From NCBI GenBank assembly GCA_036268855.1, contig DATATJ010000173.1:30237-94236 (forward strand): 64,000 bases of DNA, given 5' to 3'. The translations under genes were made by a program, and so were the position numbers. The stretch is from Vicinamibacterales bacterium. Lineage in GTDB: Bacteria > Acidobacteriota > Vicinamibacteria > Vicinamibacterales > CAVVIG01. Of this stretch, positions 34,560 to 43,338 are shown piece after piece. Position 1 is the first letter of the stretch. Every line of letters starts with the position of its first letter. Below the pieces are notes generated by a model. It was not told the origin of the DNA, did not search any database, and saw nothing but the letters and a program-made list of their open reading frames with translations.

Positions 34560-35586
34560 GATGGGTCTCGACCAGGCGGTGATAGACGGCGATGTACTCC
34601 CGCACCATCCGGTCGATCCCGAAGCGCTCGACGGCGCGGTCCCGGACGCGCCGGCGGTCCAGGTCGAAGACGCGCGGCAGCTGGTTCACCATCTCTTCGA
34701 GGTGCTCGAACACCAGGCCGGTCACGCCGTCGTCCACGATTTCCCGCACGGCGCCGCGATCGAGCGCGGCGACCGGTGTCCCGCAGGCCATCGCCTCGGC
34801 CAGCACGAGCCCGAACGGCTCGCGCGCCTGGATTGGGTAGAGCAGCGCCCGCGCCCCGCCGTACAGCTTCACTTTCGACGGGTAGTCGGCTTCGCCGTAG
34901 TACACGACGTCGGTGCCGTCGACGAGCGGAGCCACTTTCTCGCGATAGTACTCGTCCTCGGCCGCCGCGAGCATCAGCCGGATGCCCAGCCGCTTCGCGA
35001 TCTCGATCGCCTGCAGCACGCCTTTGCCGTCGGTGAAGCGGCCGAGGAAGAGCAGGTAGTCGTCCGGTTTCTCGCGGAACGTGAAGTTGGCGGTGTCGAT
35101 GCCGTGCAGCACGATGTCCACGACGTTCAGGCCGTGCAGGAGGCGTCCCTGCTCTTGCGAGATGGCGACGAATGGCGCCTCAGGATAGCGCGACCAGAGC
35201 TTGATTTCCGCCTCGCTCGGCGAATGATGCAGGGTCTGGACGATCGGCGTCGGCGAGAGCCGCGCGAACGCCAGCGACATCGGGTAGTACGCCGCCTCGT
35301 AGTGGATGATGTCGAATTCGCGCGCGCGCTCGACGGCGGCGGCGAGGTTCAGCATCTCGTAGAGCTCCCACGGCCACATGTTCTCGTCGTGCCAGTAGCC
35401 GTGCGGATACGTGGCGGAGAGCTTCGCGTCCGTCTGCGAGTCGCCGGTGGCGAAGAGTGTGACGTCGTGACCGTGCGCGACGAGCCCCTCGGTGAGCAGC
35501 GACGTCATCAGCTCGACGGAGCCCGATTTCTGCGGCGGAATCGTCGTGGCGACCGGCGCGATGTGCGCGATGCGCAACGGCGTCAT
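34549..35586 (-). CDS. GT4-family (GT-B) glycosyltransferase
   Basis: Start at MTPLRIAHIAPVATTIPPQKSGSVE (ATGA overlap at 35583-35586). C-terminal EPFGLVLAEAMACGTPVAALDRGAVREIV (E-x7-E). Confidence 0.85.
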   Translation of the reverse strand: MTPLRIAHIAPVATTIPPQKSGSVELMTSLLTEGLVAHGHDVTLFATGDSQTDAKLSATYPHGYWHDENMWPWELYEMLNLAAAVERAREFDIIHYEAAYYPMSLAFARLSPTPIVQTLHHSPSEAEIKLWSRYPEAPFVAISQEQGRLLHGLNVVDIVLHGIDTANFTFREKPDDYLLFLGRFTDGKGVLQAIEIAKRLGIRLMLAAAEDEYYREKVAPLVDGTDVVYYGEADYPSKVKLYGGARALLYPIQAREPFGLVLAEAMACGTPVAALDRGAVREIVDDGVTGLVFEHLEEMVNQLPRVFDLDRRRVRDRAVERFGIDRMVREYIAVYHRLVETHRAG

Positions 35587-36701
35587 GACAGCGCGTCCTC
35601 GAGCAGCCGCGGGAGCACGACGTTGGCGTCGAAGTGCTCGCGGGCGATCTCTGCGGCGCGGCGCGCGTGCGCCGGATAGTCGCTGTTGAGGCGATCGATG
35701 CCGGCAAGCGCTTCGTCGGGGCTCGAGAAGGCGAGGAGACCGCAGTCTGACGGCAGATGCGCTGTCCAGCCGGTGTCCTGCACGAGCGCAGGGCGTCCAG
35801 CGGCCAGGTAGCACTCGGTGCGATCGCTGAACCAGCCGCTGCGCGTGGACACGTACGTGTGCTTGGCGACGCCGAATTCCGCGCGCGACCGCAGAATGAA
35901 TTCGCGGTAGTCCCACAGCGTCCGGGAGACTCCCATGGCCGCCACCGTGTCCCAGCCGTGCTCGCGCAGCATCGTCTGCGGACCATTGATCGCCAGCTCG
36001 AACGGCTGCGTCGTGCGCGCCGGCAGATCGATGTACTTCACGAACTCCTGATCCTTGTTGCCGCCGACGTCGGTGAAGCTCTCGATCTGCCAGGTCATCA
36101 CGGTCGTCATGCGATCGCGCGGCGTGAGCGTCGTCGTCCACTGATCGAGCGTGATCGGCTGCCAGGTCTTGCGCCACGTGAAATCCCCGACGGGGATGGT
36201 CGACGCTGCGGTTCCGACGTTCGATCCGAACGTGAACAGGCGGTCGAAGGTTTTGAAGAATGCCACATACCACGGCTCCGCCTTCGCGATCGCGAGCTGG
36301 GTGAACGCTGGGTCCGAATCGATGAAGATCTTACGCGGGATCCGGACGTACTCGTCGCGCCAGAACCACGAGCCGCCCGACAGGTTGATGAACAGGTCTG
36401 CGGTCGCGGCATAGCGCCGGACGGCGTCGGCGCTTTGTCCATGATACGTGCCGTCGTAATTGACGAACGACCAGCGATCGCCGAGCCCGAACGAATCGAG
36501 CGCCTGGTGAATGTACGACGTGCCATAGGAGGGATCGGTGGCCCGCGTGTTGAGCACGGGATCGTACACGCACTCGCCCGTGTCCTCGATGTAGAAGACT
36601 TCGTGGCCGAGCGCCCGCAGGCCCAGGAGGTACATGAGGGAGCACCACGTCACGCCGCCGAAGGGATAACGCGCGATGATGCCGGCGAACAAGATCCTCA
36701 T
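35583..36701 (-). CDS. putative GT-B glycosyltransferase (CgeB/Glyco_trans_1_2-like C-terminus)
   Basis: 372 aa. N-terminus MRILFAGIIARYPFGGVTWCSLMYLLGLRALGHEVFYIED. C-terminus ECYLAAGRPALVQDTGW...GLLAFSSPDEA. The assignment is tentative. Confidence 0.5.
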   Translation of the reverse strand: MRILFAGIIARYPFGGVTWCSLMYLLGLRALGHEVFYIEDTGECVYDPVLNTRATDPSYGTSYIHQALDSFGLGDRWSFVNYDGTYHGQSADAVRRYAATADLFINLSGGSWFWRDEYVRIPRKIFIDSDPAFTQLAIAKAEPWYVAFFKTFDRLFTFGSNVGTAASTIPVGDFTWRKTWQPITLDQWTTTLTPRDRMTTVMTWQIESFTDVGGNKDQEFVKYIDLPARTTQPFELAINGPQTMLREHGWDTVAAMGVSRTLWDYREFILRSRAEFGVAKHTYVSTRSGWFSDRTECYLAAGRPALVQDTGWTAHLPSDCGLLAFSSPDEALAGIDRLNSDYPAHARRAAEIAREHFDANVVLPRLLEDALS

Positions 36702-36729
36702 AAAGAGTTAAGAGTGCAGAGTTCAAATG

Positions 36730-38574
36730 TCACCGCTTCGCCGCCTCGATGAGCTCGTCCACCGTCTCGGGATCATCGAGCGACTTGCCGACCGACAGGC
36801 GGGCGCACATGCGCCGGTACAGATTGCTCGTCGTCAGCAGCTCTTCGTGGCGCCCCTTGGCAGCGATGCGGCCGCCGTCGAGCACGAGGATGCAATCCGC
36901 GTCGCGCACGGTCGAGAGCCGATGGGCGATCACGATCGTCGTGCGGCCGTCGCGCAGACGCCGCAGCGCGGCGAAGACGATCTCCTCCGAGATCGCGTCG
37001 AGCGACGAGGTCGGTTCGTCGAGAATCAGGATCGGCGCATCCTTCAGGATGGCGCGGGCCACGCTCAGCCGCTGACGTTCCCCGCCCGACAGCCCGCCGC
37101 CCGCTTCGGCGATCTCCGTCTCGTAGCCCTTGGGCAGCCGCACGATGAAGTCGTGGGCATGCGCCGCGCGCGCCGCCTGCTCGATCTGATCCTGCGTGGC
37201 GTCGAGGCGCCCGTAGCGCAGGTTGTCGGCGATGGTTCCCGAAAAGAGCACCGGATCCTGCAGCACGATCGCGATCCGATCGCGCAGCGCGCGCACGCGG
37301 TAGCGCTGCACGTCCACGCCGTCGATCAGCACGCGGCCGGTGGTGGCCGTGAAGAACCGCGGAATGAGGCTGACGAGCGTCGTCTTGCCCGCGCCCGTGA
37401 GCCCGACGAGCGCCACGACCTGGCCGGGCTTCGCCTCGAACGCGATGTCGTGCAGCACCTGCGTGCCGTCGGGATACGAGAATCCGACGTTGTCGAACGT
37501 GATCTCGCCGGTGATTCGCGTAGCGTCGATCGCGTCGGGCGCCTCGGCGGTTTCCGGCATGAGCGCGAACATCGCCCGCACCCGCTTGGTGCCCGCGAGC
37601 GCACCCTGGAGTTGTCCGGTGGTGTGCGCGATGGCCGCCAGCGGCCCGTACACCGCCGCGAGATAGCCGATGACCACAGTGAGCTGCCCGATGGTGAGCC
37701 GTCCGCTCATGACGAACCGGCCGCCGACGATCAGCACGAGCGCGGTGCCGAGAATGGTGATGGTGCTCACGACCACGCCGAAGACCGATTGCTGCCACGT
37801 GATCGCGATCCGCGCGGTCATCGTCCGATCGCCCGCGACGCCGTAGCGCATCAGCTCGTGCGGCTCGCGCGCAAAGCTCTTGACGAGGCGCATGGCCCCG
37901 AACGTCTCGTACAGGCGCTGCAGGAGCTTCGATTCGAGCTCCTTCACGCGCTCTTCACGGTTGACGAGCGTGGACGTGTAGTAGCGCAAGCACAAGTACA
38001 GGAACGGCACGACCGTGAGCGACAGCAGCGCGATCGTGACGTTGAGGTACAGCAGCACGCCGAACATCACCGTCAGCGCCGCGATCGATGTGGCGAGCGG
38101 AAAGATGCCGCTCATCACCAGGTTCTCGATCGCGTACGCGTCCACGTCGACGCGGTACACGGCATCGGCCGTACTCGTCGTGATGTGATGATGCAGGCCG
38201 AGCGCCGTCAGGTGCTCGAACAGGCGCTTACGCAGGTCGTACACCAGGCGCTGACCGGTATCGACCTGAACCTGCGTGCCGTACGCCGACACGAGCTGGT
38301 TGACGATCTGCAGTACCACGCCGCCCACCACCACGAGGACGAGCAGGCTGGTCCGGTTGCCCTGCGTGAGATCGTTCACCCAGACCGCGAGGCGTCCGGG
38401 AAACGCTTTGGTGCCGAGCACGTAGTCGATCACGACGGCCAGAGGCCACGGCTGCAGCGCACCGAGGCCGATCTCCGACGCGAGCAGCACGGCGAGCAGT
38501 CCGACACTGCGGCGGTACGGGCGCAGGAACGACAGCGTCCACGGCAGGAGCGGTTGCTGAGCCGGCTCGGTCAT
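36730..38574 (-). CDS. MsbA-like ABC exporter (fused 6-TM domain plus NBD)
   Basis: Start at MTEPAQQPLLPWTLSFLRPYRR (ATGA overlap with the upstream gene). Walker A GLTGAGKTT, signature LSGGERQRL, Walker B ILILDEPTS. Confidence 0.9.
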   Translation of the reverse strand: MTEPAQQPLLPWTLSFLRPYRRSVGLLAVLLASEIGLGALQPWPLAVVIDYVLGTKAFPGRLAVWVNDLTQGNRTSLLVLVVVGGVVLQIVNQLVSAYGTQVQVDTGQRLVYDLRKRLFEHLTALGLHHHITTSTADAVYRVDVDAYAIENLVMSGIFPLATSIAALTVMFGVLLYLNVTIALLSLTVVPFLYLCLRYYTSTLVNREERVKELESKLLQRLYETFGAMRLVKSFAREPHELMRYGVAGDRTMTARIAITWQQSVFGVVVSTITILGTALVLIVGGRFVMSGRLTIGQLTVVIGYLAAVYGPLAAIAHTTGQLQGALAGTKRVRAMFALMPETAEAPDAIDATRITGEITFDNVGFSYPDGTQVLHDIAFEAKPGQVVALVGLTGAGKTTLVSLIPRFFTATTGRVLIDGVDVQRYRVRALRDRIAIVLQDPVLFSGTIADNLRYGRLDATQDQIEQAARAAHAHDFIVRLPKGYETEIAEAGGGLSGGERQRLSVARAILKDAPILILDEPTSSLDAISEEIVFAALRRLRDGRTTIVIAHRLSTVRDADCILVLDGGRIAAKGRHEELLTTSNLYRRMCARLSVGKSLDDPETVDELIEAAKR

Positions 38575-41500
38575 GCGCCGGGCCTCTTCAACGGGACCGG
38601 CACGAACGGCCGCGGGACCAGAATCGGGCCGGACGACGTCTTGGGGATGTTGACGGCGACCACGTTGTCGTTGCTCGAATCGGTGACGTACAACCAGCCC
38701 CGCCGCGGCCCGCTCGCGGCGAACGCGACGCGCGACGGCGCGCCGAACGCCACGCGCCCCTCGTCGCTGACGTTGCGCATGATGCCGTCGGGCCCAACGG
38801 CGCGCACCTGCCCGTTGTAGTAGTCGGCGATGAAAATGGTGACCGCGCCTCCCGACTCCGGCACGATGGCGATTCCGGCCGGGCCGGCGAGGTTCGCAGC
38901 AATCGCCGGACCGTCGTCGCCGCCCGGCCCGAACGTGCCGCTGCCGGCGACCGTCATGATCAGGTGCGACAGCGGATTCACCTTTCGGATGCGCTGGTGG
39001 TGCATGTCGGCGATGTAGATGTCGCCGTTCGGCGCCAGCTGCACGTCGGCCGGCATGTTGAGGTGGGCGGCGGGCGCCGGACCATAGTCGCCGACGTTGT
39101 TGTTGTCGCCAGGCTTGCCGTCGCCGGCGACGGTGTGAATCAGCCCCGTTCGCGAATCGACGACGCGGACGCGGTAGTTCAGGGTGTCCGCGATGTAGAT
39201 GTCGCCGTTCGGGGCGCACGCGACCGCGCTCGGCGTGTTCAATGCCGCTTCGGTCGCCGGCTTGTCGTCGCCGTCGTAGCCGTTGGCGCCCGACCCGGCG
39301 ACGGTGGTGATGATGCGCGTCGGCTTGTCGATGCGGCGAATGCGATCGTTGTGCGAGTCGGCGACGACGAGGTCGCCGTCAGGCGCGATGCAGACGCCGT
39401 CAGGCGTGTCGAGCTGCGCCTTGAGCGCCGGTCCGTTGTCTCCAGAGAAACCAGTCTTGCGGCTGATGCCGACCACAGCGACCGGCGGGCTCGCCTTGCC
39501 GAGCGTGTTCGCCGCGGCGCGGACGATGACGTCGTTGTTGGAGTCGGCGACGTAGAGATCGCCGTTCAGGTCGACCACGATGCCGCCCGGCGCGTCCAGC
39601 CACGCCGACATGGTCGGCCCGTTGGGCCCCGCGGGTCCGCCGGCCTTGGCGCCGATGACGACCTCGGCGATCGCCGCCTGGCGCAGCATCACGGCGCCGG
39701 CGCCGAGCGCGAGAATCATCACGACGAAGATGATCGCGCTGCGCAGGCCGTACACGCGCAGGATCGACGGCGCGATCAGCGGCACGCGCGCCGGGCCCGA
39801 CTTCAGCACCATCATGCCGCCGTCGACCGCGACGCGCTCGATGCCACGGCGCAGAATCGCGGTCACCTGGGCCGTCCGCCACGACGCGAACGCGATGACC
39901 ACGAGCATCAGCGTCGCGGCGATCGCGGCGCCGAGCGGCTGATTCAGCGCAAAGCCGCGGAACGCGGCGACCAGCAGCGCCACGCCGAGCGCGACGGCCG
40001 TGACTACGCCGAAGGTGGTGGGCCGCAGGTGCGTGCTGACGCGCACCAGCGCCTTGCCGCCGGCATGCTCTTCGACGAGCGCACGCACGTCGAGCCAGGC
40101 CCAGCGGCCGACGAAGACGCTGACGTCCCGGTCGTTGGACCATCCCTCGTCGACCTCGACCGAGCGGACTGCCCGTGAACGGCGCAGCCAGTCGGTGAGC
40201 TGCGTGAGGACGCGGTCGGCCGACGTCCACGTCTCGCTCCAGAAGCGATCTTCGGTGACCGTGCCCGAGAGCAGCAGCAGCGCGCGCCCGGCTTCGCGCA
40301 GCGACGGGCTCGGCATGCGGCTGGTCTGCGGCTCGGTCGGGGGCAGCGCGATCTCGGGCGGCGCGAGCACTCCGCGAATGCGGCCGCGGATGCGTGCAAG
40401 CGGCTGGATGAAATGGAGGTACGAGACCATCGCGCGATACCAGAGCCGTCCGCCGGGCAGCGAGGCGACGTCCGATCGCTTCGCATACGCAACGTTCTTC
40501 GCGATGGTGAACGCCATGCCGAGAATGCCGCAGCCCAGGAGCAGGTAGGACGCCCAGAGATGCGCGCGGGTGGCCGCGACGCCGGCGCCCGTGAGCGTCA
40601 GGACGAACGACAGCACCTGCCAGCGGATCGAATGCGGCAGGAATGCAAACGGGTGCACGTCGGTGCGGTACACCGAGGGAAACGCCGCCGTGCCCCAGAC
40701 GCCCGCGTTGATGCGCGTGCCCCAGAGCGATCGCACGAAGGGCAGCGGACTGTAGATGCGCCCGCGCCACAACATGCGCCCGTCGAGAAACTTCTCGGGA
40801 TGGTGCGCCATCAGCCACGTTTCGCCTTCGCCGTAGCCGACCTGCTGACGCCAGTAGGCCTTCACCGAGGAGCGATGGTGGTGCCAGACCAGCGCCGACG
40901 AGGCGAAGCCGATTTTCCAGCCGCGTGCCTGCAGCCGCCAGCACACATCCACATCGTCGCCCGCGCGCAGATAGATGGGGTTGAAGCCGCCGATGGCGAG
41001 GAGGGCCTCGCGGCGGAACGCCATGTTGCAGCCCGGCACGTGCTCGGCGATGCGGTCGTCGAGCAGCACGTGCGTCGGGCCGCCGGGAGCGCGCGCGATG
41101 CACTGCGCGATCGGCGGATCGTCGGGCGGCACGACGTTCGGTCCGCCGGAGCCGACCACGTCGAGCGTCAGGAACGGCTGAATCAGAAATGTGAGCCAGT
41201 CGCGATCCACACGCGTATCGGCGTCCGTATAAGCGACGATGTCGCCGGTCGCCTCCGCGAGGCCCACGTTGCGCGCCGCGCTGAGGCCGCCGTTCGGGAT
41301 GTCGATGACGTGGACGCGCGGATGCGCGCGCCCGATCTCGCCGGTGCGATCCTTCGAGCCGTCGTTGACGAGGATGATCTCGTAGTCGGGATACGTCAGC
41401 TTCTCGAGCGAGGTGAGGTTGTCTTCGAGCGTGTCCGCCGCGTTGTAGGCGCAGACGACGACCGAGACGCGCGGCCAGGTGGCGCGCCGGCCGGCGGGAA

Positions 41501-42428
41501 ACGGCGCATCGGCGAAGGCGGCCGCCACGGCGCGCGCGGCCGGCTTCAGCCGGCGCTCGCGGTCCACGAGGCCGAAGTTCCAGTCCTCGACGGTATTTCC
41601 GCCGCGCCACCATGCGTCGGTCCACGCGAACGCGACGGCGCCGCACGCGCCTTCCTCGAACGCCGCACGGATGTGCATCGAGGTGATAGCGGCCTGTCCG
41701 TCCTCGCCCTCGCGGATCGAGTCGGCGCCCGCCTCCGCCAGCAGGAGCGGCTTGTGCGCGGCGACATGCTGGAGGCGCGCGAGATACGCGCGCAGCTCCG
41801 ACTCGCGATGGAGATAGACGTTGAAGGCGCAGACGTCCAGGAACGAGAGATCCAGAAACTCGGTCGGAGGGAAATTGACGTACGTGAACAGACTCTGCGG
41901 CAGCGCGCCTTTCGCGTCTTCGTACAGCCCGCGGATGAAACGCTCGACCCGCACGCTGCCATGCCAGCGAACCACGCCCGGCGGAATCTCGTTGCCCAGC
42001 GCGAACATCAGGATCGCCGGGTGGTCGCCCAGCGCGCGGACCCGCTCGGTGACGTCGCGGCGGATCTCCTGCTGCAGGCGGCGGTCGTCGAGGAACGCGA
42101 CGTGCTGCGACCACGGCAGGCCGACCATCACACGCAGCCCGTGCTTCGCGGCCTCGTCCAGCAGGTCGTGGCGCGGCGCCGTGTACGTGCGAACGGTGTT
42201 GATGCCGAGGCCCGCCATGAGGCGGAAGTCTTCGGCGATCTGGGGCGGCGACGGAAACTGATAGCCGTCCGCGTCGGGCGCGAAGGTCCCGTACGTCACG
42301 CCCTTGACGAGAAAGCGCGCGTCGCCAAGGCGCAGAAATTTCCCGTCGGCGCTGACGCGCTCGGCTGAGGCCGGCGCCGCCGTGTCGGGGCGCACCTCGG
42401 GGTCGGCCTGAAGAGCAGTAGGGCTCAC
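38571..42428 (-). CDS. 1285-aa fusion protein: clan GH-A-like TIM-barrel hydrolase, GT2 glycosyltransferase, multi-TM region, six NHL repeats
   Basis: GTG start. aa 27-305 has KGVTYG...GINTVRTY...LGNEIP...LLLAEAG. aa 318-545 has VVVCAYN...ILVNDGSKD...YTDAD...GDDVDVCWRL...YWRQQVGYGEG. About 6 hydrophobic segments lie in aa 575-915. aa 945-1260 has the repeats DLYVADSNNDVIVR, DLVVADSHNDRIRRI, DIYIADTLNYRVRVV, DIYIADMHHQRIRKV, IFIADYYNGQVRAV and WLYVTDSSNDNVVAV. Confidence 0.8.
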   Translation of the reverse strand: MSPTALQADPEVRPDTAAPASAERVSADGKFLRLGDARFLVKGVTYGTFAPDADGYQFPSPPQIAEDFRLMAGLGINTVRTYTAPRHDLLDEAAKHGLRVMVGLPWSQHVAFLDDRRLQQEIRRDVTERVRALGDHPAILMFALGNEIPPGVVRWHGSVRVERFIRGLYEDAKGALPQSLFTYVNFPPTEFLDLSFLDVCAFNVYLHRESELRAYLARLQHVAAHKPLLLAEAGADSIREGEDGQAAITSMHIRAAFEEGACGAVAFAWTDAWWRGGNTVEDWNFGLVDRERRLKPAARAVAAAFADAPFPAGRRATWPRVSVVVCAYNAADTLEDNLTSLEKLTYPDYEIILVNDGSKDRTGEIGRAHPRVHVIDIPNGGLSAARNVGLAEATGDIVAYTDADTRVDRDWLTFLIQPFLTLDVVGSGGPNVVPPDDPPIAQCIARAPGGPTHVLLDDRIAEHVPGCNMAFRREALLAIGGFNPIYLRAGDDVDVCWRLQARGWKIGFASSALVWHHHRSSVKAYWRQQVGYGEGETWLMAHHPEKFLDGRMLWRGRIYSPLPFVRSLWGTRINAGVWGTAAFPSVYRTDVHPFAFLPHSIRWQVLSFVLTLTGAGVAATRAHLWASYLLLGCGILGMAFTIAKNVAYAKRSDVASLPGGRLWYRAMVSYLHFIQPLARIRGRIRGVLAPPEIALPPTEPQTSRMPSPSLREAGRALLLLSGTVTEDRFWSETWTSADRVLTQLTDWLRRSRAVRSVEVDEGWSNDRDVSVFVGRWAWLDVRALVEEHAGGKALVRVSTHLRPTTFGVVTAVALGVALLVAAFRGFALNQPLGAAIAATLMLVVIAFASWRTAQVTAILRRGIERVAVDGGMMVLKSGPARVPLIAPSILRVYGLRSAIIFVVMILALGAGAVMLRQAAIAEVVIGAKAGGPAGPNGPTMSAWLDAPGGIVVDLNGDLYVADSNNDVIVRAAANTLGKASPPVAVVGISRKTGFSGDNGPALKAQLDTPDGVCIAPDGDLVVADSHNDRIRRIDKPTRIITTVAGSGANGYDGDDKPATEAALNTPSAVACAPNGDIYIADTLNYRVRVVDSRTGLIHTVAGDGKPGDNNNVGDYGPAPAAHLNMPADVQLAPNGDIYIADMHHQRIRKVNPLSHLIMTVAGSGTFGPGGDDGPAIAANLAGPAGIAIVPESGGAVTIFIADYYNGQVRAVGPDGIMRNVSDEGRVAFGAPSRVAFAASGPRRGWLYVTDSSNDNVVAVNIPKTSSGPILVPRPFVPVPLKRPGA

Positions 42429-42467
42429 GGTATATAGTGCGCCACGCTACGCCGGACGCAACTACTT

Positions 42468-42476
42468 ATTGTATCA
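42468..42476 (-). promoter_or_regulatory. candidate extended -10 element (TGATACAAT on the - strand) upstream of the giant gene
   Basis: The + strand reads attgtatca. Lies about 40 nt upstream of the GTG at 42428. No good -35 element. Confidence 0.3.
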
Positions 42477-42531
42477 AGAGGTTGGAGCGGATGTTGCCCT
42501 GACCGGCAGGTTGAGCTGGGTCCCAGGTTCC

Positions 42532-43296
42532 CTACTGAGAAATCCTAAGACTCCCGCTGAACGTCTTGACGCGCAGCTCCCCCGACCCCGATCCACGCGT
42601 GCCGAGCGTCGCGCGGACACTTCGCCGGCTGCTGCTGTTGAACGTGAGCGGCAGGTCGGAATTCAGCTGCCCGCTGAAGGAGTTGAAGGCCACATCCGCC
42701 TGAGCCGAGGCGGGAACCGCGACCTCGACATTGCCGCTGAACGTGTTGACGTCGATCCGCTGGTCGGGCTGCCAGCGGTGCTCGCGAATGGCGATGGCTC
42801 CACTGAAGGAGTGCGCCTCGATCGAGCCTGCGGCATCGGTCGTCTCCAGGCGCGCCGAAAAACTGTGGATCTTCTGCGTGCCTTCGACTGCGCTGATATT
42901 GACCGGCGCGCTGAACACGGAGATGTCGAGGTTCGCGTGCCGCGGCACCTGGATGTCGAAGTCGGTTTCGACGACGTTGTTGCGCCCGGAGAACTCGTAC
43001 CACGAGCGCTCCCGATGGTTCGCGTCGACGACCACATTCGACCCTTCGGTGTGGATGTCGAGCTTGATCGCGTCGAGCCGGTCGCGCGGCCCCCGGCGGA
43101 CGGCGTCGATTGCCACGTCGCGCCGATCGGCGGCCCTGATGGTCACGCGGCCAGAAAAGCTCTTGAGCCGCAGCGTGCCGCCCGCCTCGAGCGCAACGGT
43201 CCGGCTGATGTGCTCGGTCTCGTCAGCGGCGCGCGCCGCGGGAGCGCTCAGCGTCGTGACGGCGGCGACAGCGACGGCAAAGGCCAGGTACCGCAT
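42532..43296 (-). CDS. DUF4097-like beta-strand-repeat secreted protein
   Basis: Start at MRYLAFAVAVAAVTTLSAPAARA. Repeated FSGRVTI / FSGAIAI / FSGNVEV / FSGQLNS / FSGSLRI strands. Confidence 0.6.
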   Translation of the reverse strand: MRYLAFAVAVAAVTTLSAPAARAADETEHISRTVALEAGGTLRLKSFSGRVTIRAADRRDVAIDAVRRGPRDRLDAIKLDIHTEGSNVVVDANHRERSWYEFSGRNNVVETDFDIQVPRHANLDISVFSAPVNISAVEGTQKIHSFSARLETTDAAGSIEAHSFSGAIAIREHRWQPDQRIDVNTFSGNVEVAVPASAQADVAFNSFSGQLNSDLPLTFNSSSRRSVRATLGTRGSGSGELRVKTFSGSLRISQ

Positions 43297-43338
43297 GGCC
43301 TCTTTGACGGGAAGGCCCGGCAAAGAGTTCGCCAGACG

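Noticed and set aside
32445-35036. 863-aa plus-strand ORF, and the similar long ORFs at 39400..42114(-), 40413..42368(+), 36727..38820(+) and 19055..21526(-).
   Set aside because: All are compositionally biased (R/A/G/P-rich). All overlap better-supported genes in another frame or on the other strand.
36702-36729. AT-rich spacer with three ACTCT motifs between the exporter and CgeB-like genes, considered as an internal promoter or regulatory site.
   Set aside because: It is too short and lacks recognisable -35/-10 hexamers. It is most simply an SD-less intercistronic spacer within the operon.
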